A DNA stretch of 20,575 nt from Catajapyx aquilonaris (Eukaryota). Positions 1 through 10,437 of the stretch are shown here, piece after piece (position 1 is the first letter of the stretch; the number at the start of each line of letters is the position of its first letter). The translations under genes were made by a program, and so were the position numbers. The stretch spans positions 62,001-82,575 of the forward strand of contig JYFJ02001341.1 in NCBI GenBank assembly GCA_000934665.2. Reading direction: 5' to 3'. A model generated the notes under the pieces. It was given only the letters and a program-made list of their open reading frames with translations. It made no database searches and was not told the origin of the DNA.

Positions 1-254
1 TCTGCGGGGGTTATCACTGCCTGTTTCTTTCGACACCCAATAACTGGAAGCCTTATCTTGTCAAAACGTAGTTATGTCGATAAGCAACATTGATGATATG
101 AAGCACAATACTTCATGATTTAGGGTGACCCTTGCAGGTTGATGTACTGACAATGCAAATGGGCGGAAATGGAAATATCTGTCCACTACTGGCATTTTTT
201 CAGATAAATTTAAGAAAATTTGGCAATTTAATTTTTTTAAAATTATTTACTCAC

Positions 255-420
255 TCTTGAGCCGTTTCACAGCGACGTGAATGATTCCTGGTGTTCCGTT
301 GATGGCTTCTGCAGTGGCCGAATGGACGCAACCAAAGGCACCTCTCCCAATTTCTTCCAGAAGGTTGAGACGCTGATAACTGATCTCGTATCCATCGGCA
401 TCCCCATTTTCTCTGGCTTC
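255..420 (-). CDS. RTK exon: kinase subdomains I-II (Gly-rich loop and catalytic Lys)
   Basis: Translates EARENGDADGYEISYQRLNLLEEIGRGAFGCVHSATAEAINGTPGIIHVAVKRLK. Acceptor ttcgcag ends at 421; GTGAGT donor at 254-249, phase 1. Confidence 0.95.
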
Positions 421-3400
421 CTGCGAAGGACGAAGCGACCTCAATGAGCACCTACTTTATTTTTAAAATGTTCCGAAGTGTATGTGCTTCAGACTGCTTA
501 GAAACTAGCTCCATAACAACTCATCATTTTGCAAGTTGACGTCAAAGCCTGGTCCTTTATAAGTACAGAGCATCAGCATGAGTAAATTAATTAATGAATT
601 CCGTCTGTTGACTTGATCGCTACACAGCGGATGAAAGGACTACTAGAGGCATCCATAATGTATAATCTCCGTCAGACGGAGACCTTTTCATATAGCCTGC
701 CGGCACGTATGAATTAATACCCGCAAGATCACACACCGAGGAAAATGGCGCTTACCTCAATCTCCTTTTCCACATAGAGAACACTCCGTTCCTCTCTGCT
801 GCTCATGACGGTCAAGTAGGGATTGCGAAATCTCCTGCCGCTGCAATCGCTGGAAACATAAATTCATGTGTCTGACTCACCGGATATTCAAATAAATACA
901 CTACAAATGTAAATAAATAAATAGTATATAGTAAGCCACGTGTTGCATTTGCGCCAACCTTGATGGGTTGGAGGTATAGAGGACGTTGGAGTGACACGTG
1001 GCACGGATCGGTACCGGTCCGGACCGGTCCAGCTTGAACCAGATGAGCCACCATCTCTTCAGCTTCTTGCTGTATCGGCGCCACAGAAACATGGCGCTTA
1101 AAGCCACCACTAAGGTTATGGCCACTGCCGGAAGCACCACAGGCAGGATCAGCTTCTATATGAGAGAATCAAATGTGTGAAGTGTTGCGCTGTACAGTAT
1201 ACGAGTGAGCGACAAATTACCTGTTGATATTCAGCTACAGTCGTCGCAGTGCCGGTAAACTCCGCCGTTGCTGTTGAAATAACAATGCAGTTAAATTACC
1301 AAGACACTCCAAATTGCACTCTTTAAAGTTGATAATGGCGTCAATTTTGTTGCCATGATAAATTAAGACAATGGCGACGTTATTTTGACTTACTCGGAAG
1401 CACGTGCTCCAAAGATGCACTCTTGCAGCCGTAGTTGTCAACAGCGAAGATGGTCAGGTTGTATTTGGTGTTGAACGACACATTTCCAAGCTGAGCGACG
1501 TATATCTTCTTGTCTCCAGAGAGACCCGACACATTCTTAGCGACAATAGTTCTGGAGTGTGCCCCGCTGCTCAGTCTAGAAATGAGATGGTGCAGGTAAT
1601 TATTAAGCAGGGGCATGCCTATGATAATTGGGGTCTTACCTGAGGGTGAAGTAGGCAACAGTTCTATTGAGGGATAATCCCGTTGGATAACTCCATGACA
1701 CGGCCACTGTCAGGTTGTTCATGGCTTGCGGGATTTGTTGGAGAGTTTGCAGAATCGGTGGTTGCAGCCGTGACTTTGTAGAACACTGGCACAATCCACC
1801 GGCGCAGGCTGAAATAATGAGAGAGGCGGATTATTATTTGGGCATAGTTTCACGAACTTCAAAGGGTCAACTGTGGACCGTCTGAGCAAAAGAGGTGGTC
1901 ACCCAGCAAATATGCACTTGATAGATTCTAATTCAGGGAAACGTGTCTGTAAGGGACTTTGCTGGATTCAAATTAAACATGTCCACGAGGAACTTTTTTT
2001 TTGTCATAGCGGAGGACTTTTGCCGCATTTTTGTCGTAATGGAAACCTGCCGGTATGTTTAAAATTTTGGAGCGAGAGACTATGCTTCAAAGGCGTGTTT
2101 CACAGCATTGTGATAAAATTAACAAGGAAACAGCATCATAGAGGTGTAATAATCGTACAAAGCAGCAACAGTTTGTGTAATGCAGCCATGCAAAGTGCGG
2201 CGCAGTCATCACGGATGAATTATTTAAAAGTTTCACAACACATCACCTACAGTCACTGCAGTGTCACAGTACATTGTGTGAGGGCGAATTATATAGCATT
2301 GACGTTGAGCTGTTGTCATAAGAGACTGACAAGAGTGCAGTAATTTAGGGTCGGCTTTTTGCAAACATTTAAAAACAGTACAAATTAATTTGTCGTATTT
2401 TTAAATAGTATTTGCAGCTATTTCGCACTGTTATTGTTCAGACTCACCTTGGAAGAGATGGTTTAAGGGATCGCTGAAGCAATTCTGATTGTCAACAGCA
2501 GAGATGCTGAGGTTGTAGTAGCTATTGACGATGGGAACATTTTCAAATTCGGACGTGAAGGACAAGTCTCCATCGGTGTCATTCTCTGGCTCCACATCTT
2601 GCTTCATAAACTTATACCGGAACAAATCCGAGTTCTTCCATCTCAGTCTGCAATGAAAGAGAAGTGTTGTAACGACTATACATATGACCACGGAGCAATT
2701 ATAGCATACCTTAGTGAGAAGTTAAGTACTGTCCGATTTGTAAGGTACCCCGCCGGATATCGACCCGATACAGATATGTTGACTCTGTCAGCAGTTCCAG
2801 AACTAATTTGTAATGACGTCATAATCGGAGGTGGGAGGCGCGATATGGCTGAACATTGGCACACACTGTCGATGCATGCTGTGAAGTCAAGCGCAAATTG
2901 TGAAAACAATTCTGGGAGGCAACAGCAGGAACAAAAGTGCATTATTCGTCAGGGTAGATCAAAAGCGCCAAATTACTGTAAATCCACAAAATGCAATTAT
3001 AATTTCTGCCCCACTTTCTGCCTGGTATAATATTCACGAAACTCGCTGTATTACCCCTTACATTGGACAACCTAGCATAATTGGTAAACCACACATGAAA
3101 ATCCTTTCTGAACGCGGTTGCATCACTTACATGGTGGGGAACTTCCAAAGTGTCGAGTTAAAGTAGGAGTTATGTACTATTTGCTTCAATGATCAATTAA
3201 AATAGAAAATACTTGTAGGAAGAAACAATCAATTCTCGTGATTGCAGTTTGCTATAGAGAAAACAAGGCATGCGGCATGCTATTGTTTTTGGGGACTGGA
3301 GATTCTGAGCGGATGTGTTTCCAAAATTAGATGAGGCAGAAATAAACGCTGTAGTCAATTTTACATATTATACATATCATACATATTAATTATATTAATA

Positions 3401-4479
3401 CATATTAATACATATAATATAAATTTTATAATTCTTACTTGGAGCCGTAACCAGACGAGTGATGGTTTGTTCGGTCGACCCGGAATTGACAGATTTAAGT
3501 TGTATAAAGTAGGTGCAGCCAGGAATGATGACATTGTGCATTTCCCTTGGAAATACAACTTCGGTTGGATCCTGGGGGGCAAAAGATAGCGTCGTTTGTA
3601 TGAAACGTCTGGATGATTTACTGTAACCCAGCGGGAATGCCATACCGTCTCTGTGACGTATTTGTACTCCTCCAAAAATCTCTTCTTGCAAATGGTCATG
3701 TTCGGTGAGCTCTGAGCTCCCACAGTTAGATGGTACTCCTTCCAGCCTGTTTGGTCTTCTGCAAATGACACACAGTTTTATCTTAATGCCGCTAACTAAT
3801 GAGACCCGCACAAGTGGGGTATAATGAGAGGATTTACCTGGCTGCTTGGACCATTGAACAACCAGCTGAAGCCGCTTATGTCCTGGTTGTGTTTGATACC
3901 ATTTCATCTTCCCCTGCAAGCCGTGATCCATTGCAAAATCATGTGCATGCGACGTAAACATGTCAGGTGCTGGTGAGCCTGAAATTAAAGATGATGTCAC
4001 ACCCTCTAGTATTTTTGCGGATTTTTTCTGCTTCAAATGCACGTGCGGATTTTTAAGCAACGTGTGTAAAAATCAAGAATTAATTTCAAACTAATTGCAT
4101 TCCAATAGCCAGACTATTATGTCCATGGGTTATGAGACGAGTTGTGTGTTTGAATATTAATTGAAATCCTATACCTGCTGCGAAGGCTCGGTACAGAAAT
4201 CCCGACGATTCGCCGTGAATGATGCGGGTATCCTGAAATGAATCCAATCAATGGAGAATTATGATCTTGTGTTTGTTGATATGCCCACTGTATACAGTGC
4301 ATACCGGTAGGTACAGTACACACAGTATAGTGTACACTGTACAATATGTACACATACATGGTGGAGTGGTAATACAATTTGCCGGACAGTTGTATTACTG
4401 CATTGACCGCCGTAATGCGGTATCAGATACGTGTCCTTAGTGCCCTTGTATTTTAATGACATGCAGGATTTTCCAGCCG
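255..4479 (-). CDS. Receptor tyrosine kinase, partial: FN3-repeat ectodomain, TM helix and kinase N-lobe (FGFR/Ret/Torso-type; orthology not established)
   Basis: GT-AG exons with matching phases, in transcript order: 4358-4479, 4175-4232, 3838-3978, 3646-3758, 3439-3571, 2710-2878, 2448-2647, 1640-1808, 1394-1575, 1221-1270, 959-1155, 756-849, 255-420 (1794 nt, open frame). Encodes FN3-like strands (LVVQWSKQP..EYHLTV..IPGCTYFIQLKSVN; YYNLSISAVD; VSWSYP..KYNLTIFAVD), a TM segment LILPVVLPAVAITLVVALSAMFLW followed by RRYSKK, and the kinase motifs EIGRGAFGCV and HVAVKRLK. The two most 5' exons are the least certain. Confidence 0.9.
959..1155 (-). CDS. RTK exon: transmembrane helix and start of juxtamembrane region
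   Basis: About 24 hydrophobic residues followed by a basic stop-transfer stretch RRYSKKLKR. Phase 0 acceptor and phase 2 donor match the flanking exons 1221-1270 and 756-849. Confidence 0.9.
1394..2878 (-). repeat. Tandemly duplicated exon pair encoding two FN3-like modules within the RTK
   Basis: Exons 2710-2878 and 1640-1808 are both 169 nt, phase 1-2, and align (CxxxxCQCSxxSRLxPPI...YPxGxxxNRTVxxFxLR). Exons 2448-2647 and 1394-1575 are both phase 2-1 and share YNLxIxAVDNxxCxS. Confidence 0.9.
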
Positions 4480-4832
4480 CTTATTTATTTAAAAAAAACG
4501 CACAGCCAAACATGAAGATTAACCGCAAATATGTGGCTACATGCATTAACCGTAGACTCCCACCGTTACCTTCAATTACCTTCCCTCGTAATTTACATCC
4601 GGCGAGCTATGATTTGATATGCGAGCAGCGAGCATCGGACTAGAACGATGAACTCCAGTGGCGCGAGGAAGATAATGTGATTGGCACACGTACCGTCAAA
4701 GAGCCTTGGTCACCGAGGCTGCGTTGCACATCCATCAGGACAATTTGTATATCTTTTTTTTAAAAATCAAACCGCTGTCCCTCACTATTTTGACACGAGT
4801 CGCATAAGCGGCAAGGACACTTCTTTTCCCAC

Positions 4833-4951
4833 ACCGGATGAGCTCTTTTGTCTGATGCTTTTTGCCTTGTAAAAATCCAATCCGGAAACTACCCGTTTCT
4901 TACGCCCGGAACCGGAACAGTTCTATCTAGAGGTCGCGGCGTTTCCGGAAA
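4833..4951. promoter_or_regulatory. Cluster of CCGGA(A/T) ETS-like motifs upstream of protease 1
   Basis: ACCGGATG 4833-4840; CCGGAA at 4882-4887, 4906-4911 and 4912-4917; palindromic TTTCCGGAAA 4942-4951. Function is inferred from position only. Confidence 0.35.
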
Positions 4952-4992
4952 ATGAAATCGAAGCACCGAGGGTTTTTAAATTACTATAGCGT

Positions 4993-4998
4993 TCAGTC
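4993..4998 (+). promoter_or_regulatory. Arthropod initiator (TCAGTC) candidate for protease 1
   Basis: TCAGTC matches the TCAKTY consensus and starts 28 nt upstream of the ATG at 5021. Confidence 0.45.
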
Positions 4999-5020
4999 GG
5001 AAAAGAGCCAGCAGTTTGCA

Positions 5021-7229
5021 ATGATCTCGGTGGAAGGTACAGGTTTAATTTTGCTGCTCCTTTGCGCCAGCGAGTCGATCTGTCAAAGGGTGAGTTTCAA
5101 ATGAGCCGATTTTCTAGTGAGTTGTACTCGTATAATATTCAGAGGGGTTCGTTTTCAGGTGTATGACAACGTGGAAACCGATTCGAGGTTCTTGCTCGTG
5201 GCTAATTCCTGCAGGTCTTGTGGTGAGTCCAGCGGTTATTTTTACGGTTGTTGGACCCACTTTGAGCGTCAAGGTTGAGCCTTTGTTTGTTGATAAGTTT
5301 CTACTGATATGATGGGTGTACTGACTGGAACGATGCTGATTTTCAGTTAAAATGCATTGTGCTGGATGCAAATATGATGATTTTTTTATGCCTGTGGGTT
5401 TTAGCGTATGCTGGGCGTAGGCGTTTTCGGCTTGTTCAGCAGGTATCCCGGGCTGGGTAATTGAAATTTCATTTTGCGAAATTTTGCATGCCTCCACAGT
5501 GCGCAGTGGAGAAATTCATTACTGCAAAAGCGTGGATCTTACGATAACACTCTTCAATCACTAGCTGTCGATGTCAAAAAGTGTGCAAATTCGCGACCCA
5601 GAAGTTCCAGTCGCAACTAATTAGCTCAATCCGGATGGAAATATCCCAGTGACGGAGAAGCCTGTCAATACAGCTATGCGTAACATGGAATTTAGAGGCC
5701 GTTTGCTAAAACGATTCGCACTTTTGTTCAGAGTGCGGAAGGACAACAAGGCATCTACGTATTGTGGGTGGGAGGCCGGCGCAAGTCAATGGCTTCCCGT
5801 GGTTGGCGGCCATTGTGCACAAGGGCGCCATCAAATGCGGCGGGACGCTACTGAATGACCGCTACGTCATGACAGCAGCGCATTGTCTCAAAGGGTACGT
5901 TGCAGGAACAGCGAATGATGTAATACAATGTGACTTGGCTTCCTTTTGTTGGGCATGCAGGATACCATGGAGGGAGGCACAGGTTGTTCTGGGAGAGCAT
6001 GATCAGTCGGAGGAGTCTGGGACAGAGAGGCGGAGGATTAAGAGAATACTGTTCCACCCACGGTACACCCATAGGAACTATGACAACGACGTGGCCCTGA
6101 TCCGGATGGAGTCTCCGGTTAAATTTACAGAGGCCGTGGGTCCAGCTTGTCTTCCTCAATCTGGTCGGTTTCATTAATATTGAGCAGTTTTATGAGTTTG
6201 CACTGGAGTCGCTGTCTCTGCTGTTTCAGTCGGGTCTGTTTGGCGAAAGGTTCCCTTGAAATTTGACTTAATTAGTACTTAGTGTACTGTACTTCTGTCT
6301 TGAAAATTGCACGTGTTTATATAATAATTGTTCATTCAATCATTATAGGGTGTAGGACATTGTGTTTGGGATTTGTCAATCAGTGTGTTCTAGCCTTATC
6401 CCAGCCTCGAGAACTTAAAGGCAAGGACGACGACACATGCATGAACCCAGCTGTAATCCATTATTTGCACCAATTTGATTAGTGCAATCTTTTTTCCCAT
6501 TAAAGCGATGGAAGCGCAAAATTTTTCGCATAAAATTAGTTGTTCGCCATTTTAACGGTGCCAAGGTTATTGGATGGGCTCAAAAACGAACTTCCAATAT
6601 CCCTCCCACCACCTTGCCAGTTCAAAGAAAAGCACGCCAATATTCTGCTCAACGGGAAGCCCTAGAGCCACATAACAAACGACGATGTCAACTTTTTTCA
6701 GGCAGAGACGTTGCCGGTGAAACTGGGTTAGCTGCGGGATGGGGGCGAATCAGCGACAATGGTCCCACATCAACAGTCCTGCGCGAAGTAGACGTTCACA
6801 TCTACGCCAGGACGGAATGCCAGGATAAATATTACATGGCTGGAGAACGCCTTACCGGAAGCATGATGTGTGCAGGAAACGACGATGGCTCCAAAGACAC
6901 TTGTCAAGTATGAACACACTCTTTCCAAGAGTTCCATTAGTATACCGGAAGTGTCAAGTAATTCATTATTCATTACTGTAGGGCGATAGCGGCGGTCCTT
7001 TGATGCTGAATAGGAGTACAATGCAAATGGAAGTCGTAGGTAATCCACGCTTTGCTTTCAGGAAAACTATAGACCAACTTTCTAAAATTGAACTTGCTCT
7101 ATAGGCATCATCTCGTGGGGAATGGCGTGTGGGATGGAAGACTTTCCAGGAATTTACACAAATATTTCTCAGTTTGTGAAATGGATCGCAGTCAATACTC
7201 GAGATGCCTGTTCCTGCCGTGATGGTTAA
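5021..7229 (+). CDS. Secreted trypsin-like serine protease (S1A) zymogen 1; 7 exons, 295 aa
   Basis: Exons 5021-5089, 5159-5222, 5732-5894, 5961-6163, 6702-6907, 6982-7039, 7105-7229 (888 nt, all GT-AG, phases match). Signal peptide [21 protein letters not shown]; propeptide ending [19 protein letters not shown]; triad motifs TAAHC, DNDVAL, GDSGGP; Asp in the S1 pocket (KDTCQ); GIISWG; C-terminus [11 protein letters not shown]. Confidence 0.96.
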
Positions 7230-7611
7230 GCAAACGCAACTCCGGAATACAGTGATCATGACGTGATGTTAGGAAGTTCCTGGCCTTGCAGAACGGGCAA
7301 TATATACCTCAGGAGGCTGCGTTGAGAGACTTATTTGTAAATTTTGACCCTCGGAAGGGTCTGATTTATTCGGGTTTCTATGGCAGCAGAACCGTATGCG
7401 TGATATGAAGTTGCCATATGGCTACATGCATAATGAAGTTGGTTCATTGTACAGTGTATGGTTGTGGAAATAGTAAAGTTGCTCTAGATGTGGATATATT
7501 TTGTGTTGAGTTGAATTGATCGATTTTGTACCGTATAAGTGTATAAGCAGAAAAAATAAGAGAAAATGAGTGTTGGATGCAAGGTTGGATGACGCATGCG
7601 TCTATATGCAA

Positions 7612-7617
7612 ATTAAA
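7612..7617 (+). terminator. Possible polyadenylation signal (ATTAAA) of protease 1
   Basis: Variant hexamer about 380 nt after the stop codon; motif match only. Confidence 0.25.
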
Positions 7618-7822
7618 TTGTATAGAAGTAAAAAGTAGCAGACAACGTCAGTTGTTTGACGCAATATAAAATACATATTATACCAAAAATATTTTCGACG
7701 TGCTGGTAAACTACATTATTGTAACAACATGACGCATATTTAAATAAGCTCCATGACGTCACTTTGCATGCCATGTTACTCTACACTCTACAGTATATAA
7801 TGTAGAATTCCCATGAGCATGT

Positions 7823-7828
7823 TTTATT
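7823..7828 (-). terminator. Possible polyadenylation signal (AATAAA) of the minus-strand unit at 8.1-9.7 kb
   Basis: AATAAA on the minus strand about 265 nt downstream of the KDEL-stop at 8093. Confidence 0.3.
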
Positions 7829-8092
7829 AACCCATCATGTGATATTCCCCTTTTACTGTAAGCATATCAACACACATACAGTGCATTCTCCTGCGTACTG
7901 CATAGTAAGGTGTGAAAAGCATTCAGTAACCTAGAGCGGAAGAGGTTTGATACCAACTGGTACGAAATATATTATGTACATTACAATACATTACATACAT
8001 TACCGAGGTATATGTCCCGAAGTCAACCCAAAACGAAAGAGATGTTTCACATCATACTGCTCGACCTGAGATCACTTCTGACAATGTATACT

Positions 8093-9656
8093 TCATAGTT
8101 CATCCTTAAAACGATGTAGTTCTGCATGATAAGTCGCAGTACACAGGTCTAGAAGTACTTTCTGCAACTTGACAGCCTCCGGTCATCTGTGTGACGTGAG
8201 TCCAGGAAATGCAGTGCAGCAGCAGAAGAACGTCTATTTTTATATATATAGTTAAAACAGGATATGCAGCATACAGCTCAGATTATATTTATAGAGAGCT
8301 CACTTGGAGAGCTCATGCCCGTATAGCCTGAATATCAAAACTGTAACAAATAGTGGGAGATGTTGGACGTGGATTTTAAAACGCCTTTGGCACCTGTCAG
8401 CTACGAAGTATAAAGGTTTGAGTAAAAGTAAAGGGGGAGATGCTTCGGCCATGCCAACACATTTTGTATTCATGTACTGAGGTGATATTCACTGTACCAT
8501 GGAGAATAATCGATTAGTGGTATGTAAAATAATGATCATGAAGATAGTGGTTGTTTCGTATTTTCCGCTGTTGCTATTTGAATTGCCCTGAAGAACTTAC
8601 CAGTTAATATTTGTGACGAAGTTAGATAATCACATCGTAATTGAAACACTGTTTCAGGTTGCAGAGATCGCAATCGAATTAATCATGGCAATTGAATATA
8701 GGGTAACTGGTCATTACATTAGGCTCATGATTTGATGTAGCATGGTGAATGATGATAATTATTAACTCTGCGAATTGCCATTGCCAAATGTGTAATGTAT
8801 TCAAAACAATAACATGAGCTCCATTTTTTTACATTTTCCCACTGATACTGTACACTGCTTTATGATATTGATTGTGACCAATTCAGTACTAATTTTTCAC
8901 TTGTTGCTCCTGTCCCTGGATTTGGGACTTTCCAGCAGATGAGGTGTCATTAAAACTAGAGTGAAGTAAGTAAGGTGCACTTAATTCCAAGCTTCTACAC
9001 TGTTCAAGACCGTCATTTCCTGCATAGAAGAGGCACCATAATGTGGCGCAAATGTGAATGAAGTACCACATTATTTATATAATTACGACTATTTCGACAA
9101 CAATACTATATAGGCCTACTGTATATGTACGTGTGTGTAAACGGAACGCAATCCATCAGTAACATTTTCATTGAATACTGATGAGTTTTGCAGAAAATCA
9201 TCTGAGGCAGACCTATAAGAGGTTATATTTTCATCTGGCCAAATTAGGGCATTAGAATGGCGTGGGAGGATGAAGGAAGCAGTCCTGAAGGAGCGCAGAG
9301 TAAAGGATGTTGATGTTGGGAGATTTGTTGATGCCTCAGCCTCACTGTCAACATCATACCTTCCTTTATCCCTAATAAGGAACGTAACATGGTCGGAACT
9401 CAAGAAAATAAGATAGATGTCTGACATTATAGGCAAATTAGCTCATTAGATATCATGTGTCTGCAATCAGTTACAGGGTGAGCTAGAACTCCAGGATATC
9501 CCAGGATACTGGCCCAATGCAATAAAATTTATCGGTGAGAAAATAAGCAGAGTACTGTATACAAAGGACTGTGCAGGTATATAGTTATAGGAGAGTGAGA
9601 ACCAGCATCCCCGATGCTCTTATCGATACGCGTAACAGGTGGAACACACTTACCAT
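8093..9656 (-). CDS. Candidate spliced gene for a secretory-pathway protein, or 5' exons of the RTK; model incomplete
   Basis: ATG|GTAAGT at 9656-9648, an 85-nt intron, then exon 9475-9568 giving MSFVYSTLLIFSPINFIALGQYPGISW (signal-peptide-like). Further donors: GTATGA 9359, GTAAGT 8600, GTGAGC 8303. Pyrimidine-rich acceptors end at 9285, 9019 and 8401. Open segments carry NIT, NSS, NVT and NDT sequons; a frame ending HRFKDEL-stop lies at 8093-8161. No single unambiguous exon chain could be fixed. Confidence 0.45.
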
Positions 9657-10424
9657 TGAATGCTACAGGCAGAAGCATCAAGCTCTCTAAGTTTTGGCAG
9701 ACGATCCTTTTAATGCGCAATTCAATCCGCTTTGTTTGCCTCTTTATCCAGTCAGATTGAAATCGCTTCTACGGCGCGAATTTCAATCCAACATCATTGT
9801 CTTCATTGTCACAGCATCCTAATCTCTAAAACCCCAGGGAGTTAATGAAGGCCAAAAAGCAAATTTAAGGGCATAAAGTGGAACATTGTTTTTTAAAGAG
9901 CTGCGTCAGAGTGAGCACAAATCCTTCCCTAGGCCCGTTTTATCTCCGATTACCATATAAACAGTAGTATAGCAACCCAATGAGCCAGCACGAATAGGAT
10001 ATTCATTGCAATTCAGGGCTTGTATAGATGAACCAATTATTAGGAACTTAGGTTATAAGAATGGTTAAAATATTTAGAAAATTATTTCGACTGAGCAGTT
10101 AAAATTTGATAGTAATTGCATTGGAATTATCTCTCGGATACGTACTGCAGCATACGAAACACAATGTGGGATCGTATACTTTAGATAATTATTAATTGTG
10201 AAAGTAAGGGAGTCTATGATTTTGGCCTGATGAAAATTGGACTATTCTAATATACTGTTGGATGTTAATTATGTCTGATGTCACGTTTCAATTTCTGTTT
10301 TTGGATACGCATAGTTTATCATATCAGAGATCAGGTGCATTAGTGAAACTGACTGCTGCGGGAGTCAGTGAAAATCGAAAAGGCCCTAGTTGCATTTGAA
10401 GTTCCCTTTTTATTGAACAGTTAC

Positions 10425-10437
10425 AGTATTTTCAGGT
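10425..10437 (+). repeat. Left target-site duplication of the SINE (AGTATTTTCAGGT)
   Basis: Identical 13-mer at 10673-10685. Confidence 0.92.

Noticed and set aside
1..246. Next kinase exon, with a plausible acceptor near 147-175
   Set aside because: The phase-1 translation (IHQPARVTLNHEVLCFISS...) has no alphaC-Glu or HPNIV motif and soon stops. Treated as intron; the kinase presumably continues outside the window.
1013..1028. Perfect 16-bp palindrome ACCGGTCCGGACCGGT
   Set aside because: Lies within the RTK coding exon (DRSGPV) with no other support; most likely a by-product of codon choice.
1873..2343. 156-aa plus-strand ORF
   Set aside because: Inside an RTK intron, starts at GTG, and has no recognisable domain or splice context.
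2942..3180. Extra RTK exons (GTAAGT donor at 3130; ORF 2942-3148)
   Set aside because: Exon 3439-3571 joins exon 2710-2878 directly in phase (VTAPTCIDSVCQC); the intervening frames have weak acceptors and are not needed.
3361..4060. Overlapping 221-aa and 136-aa minus-strand ORFs as separate proteins
   Set aside because: Explained by three RTK exons that switch frame across two short introns (3759-3837 and 3572-3645).
4286..4357. TACA/TGTA-rich palindromic tract
   Set aside because: Low-complexity intronic sequence with no TSD or regular repeat unit.
5625..5679. Alternative exon 2 of protease 1 ([18 protein letters not shown])
   Set aside because: Phase-compatible, but has weak splice sites and needs a 52-nt intron. 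Exon 5159-5222 has strong sites and supplies the CxxC motif shared with protease 2.
7805..7845. SECIS-like ATGA...AAA hairpin on the minus strand
   Set aside because: The helix is too short and the 3' GA of the non-Watson-Crick quartet is missing, so selenocysteine decoding of the TGA at 8183-8185 is unsupported.
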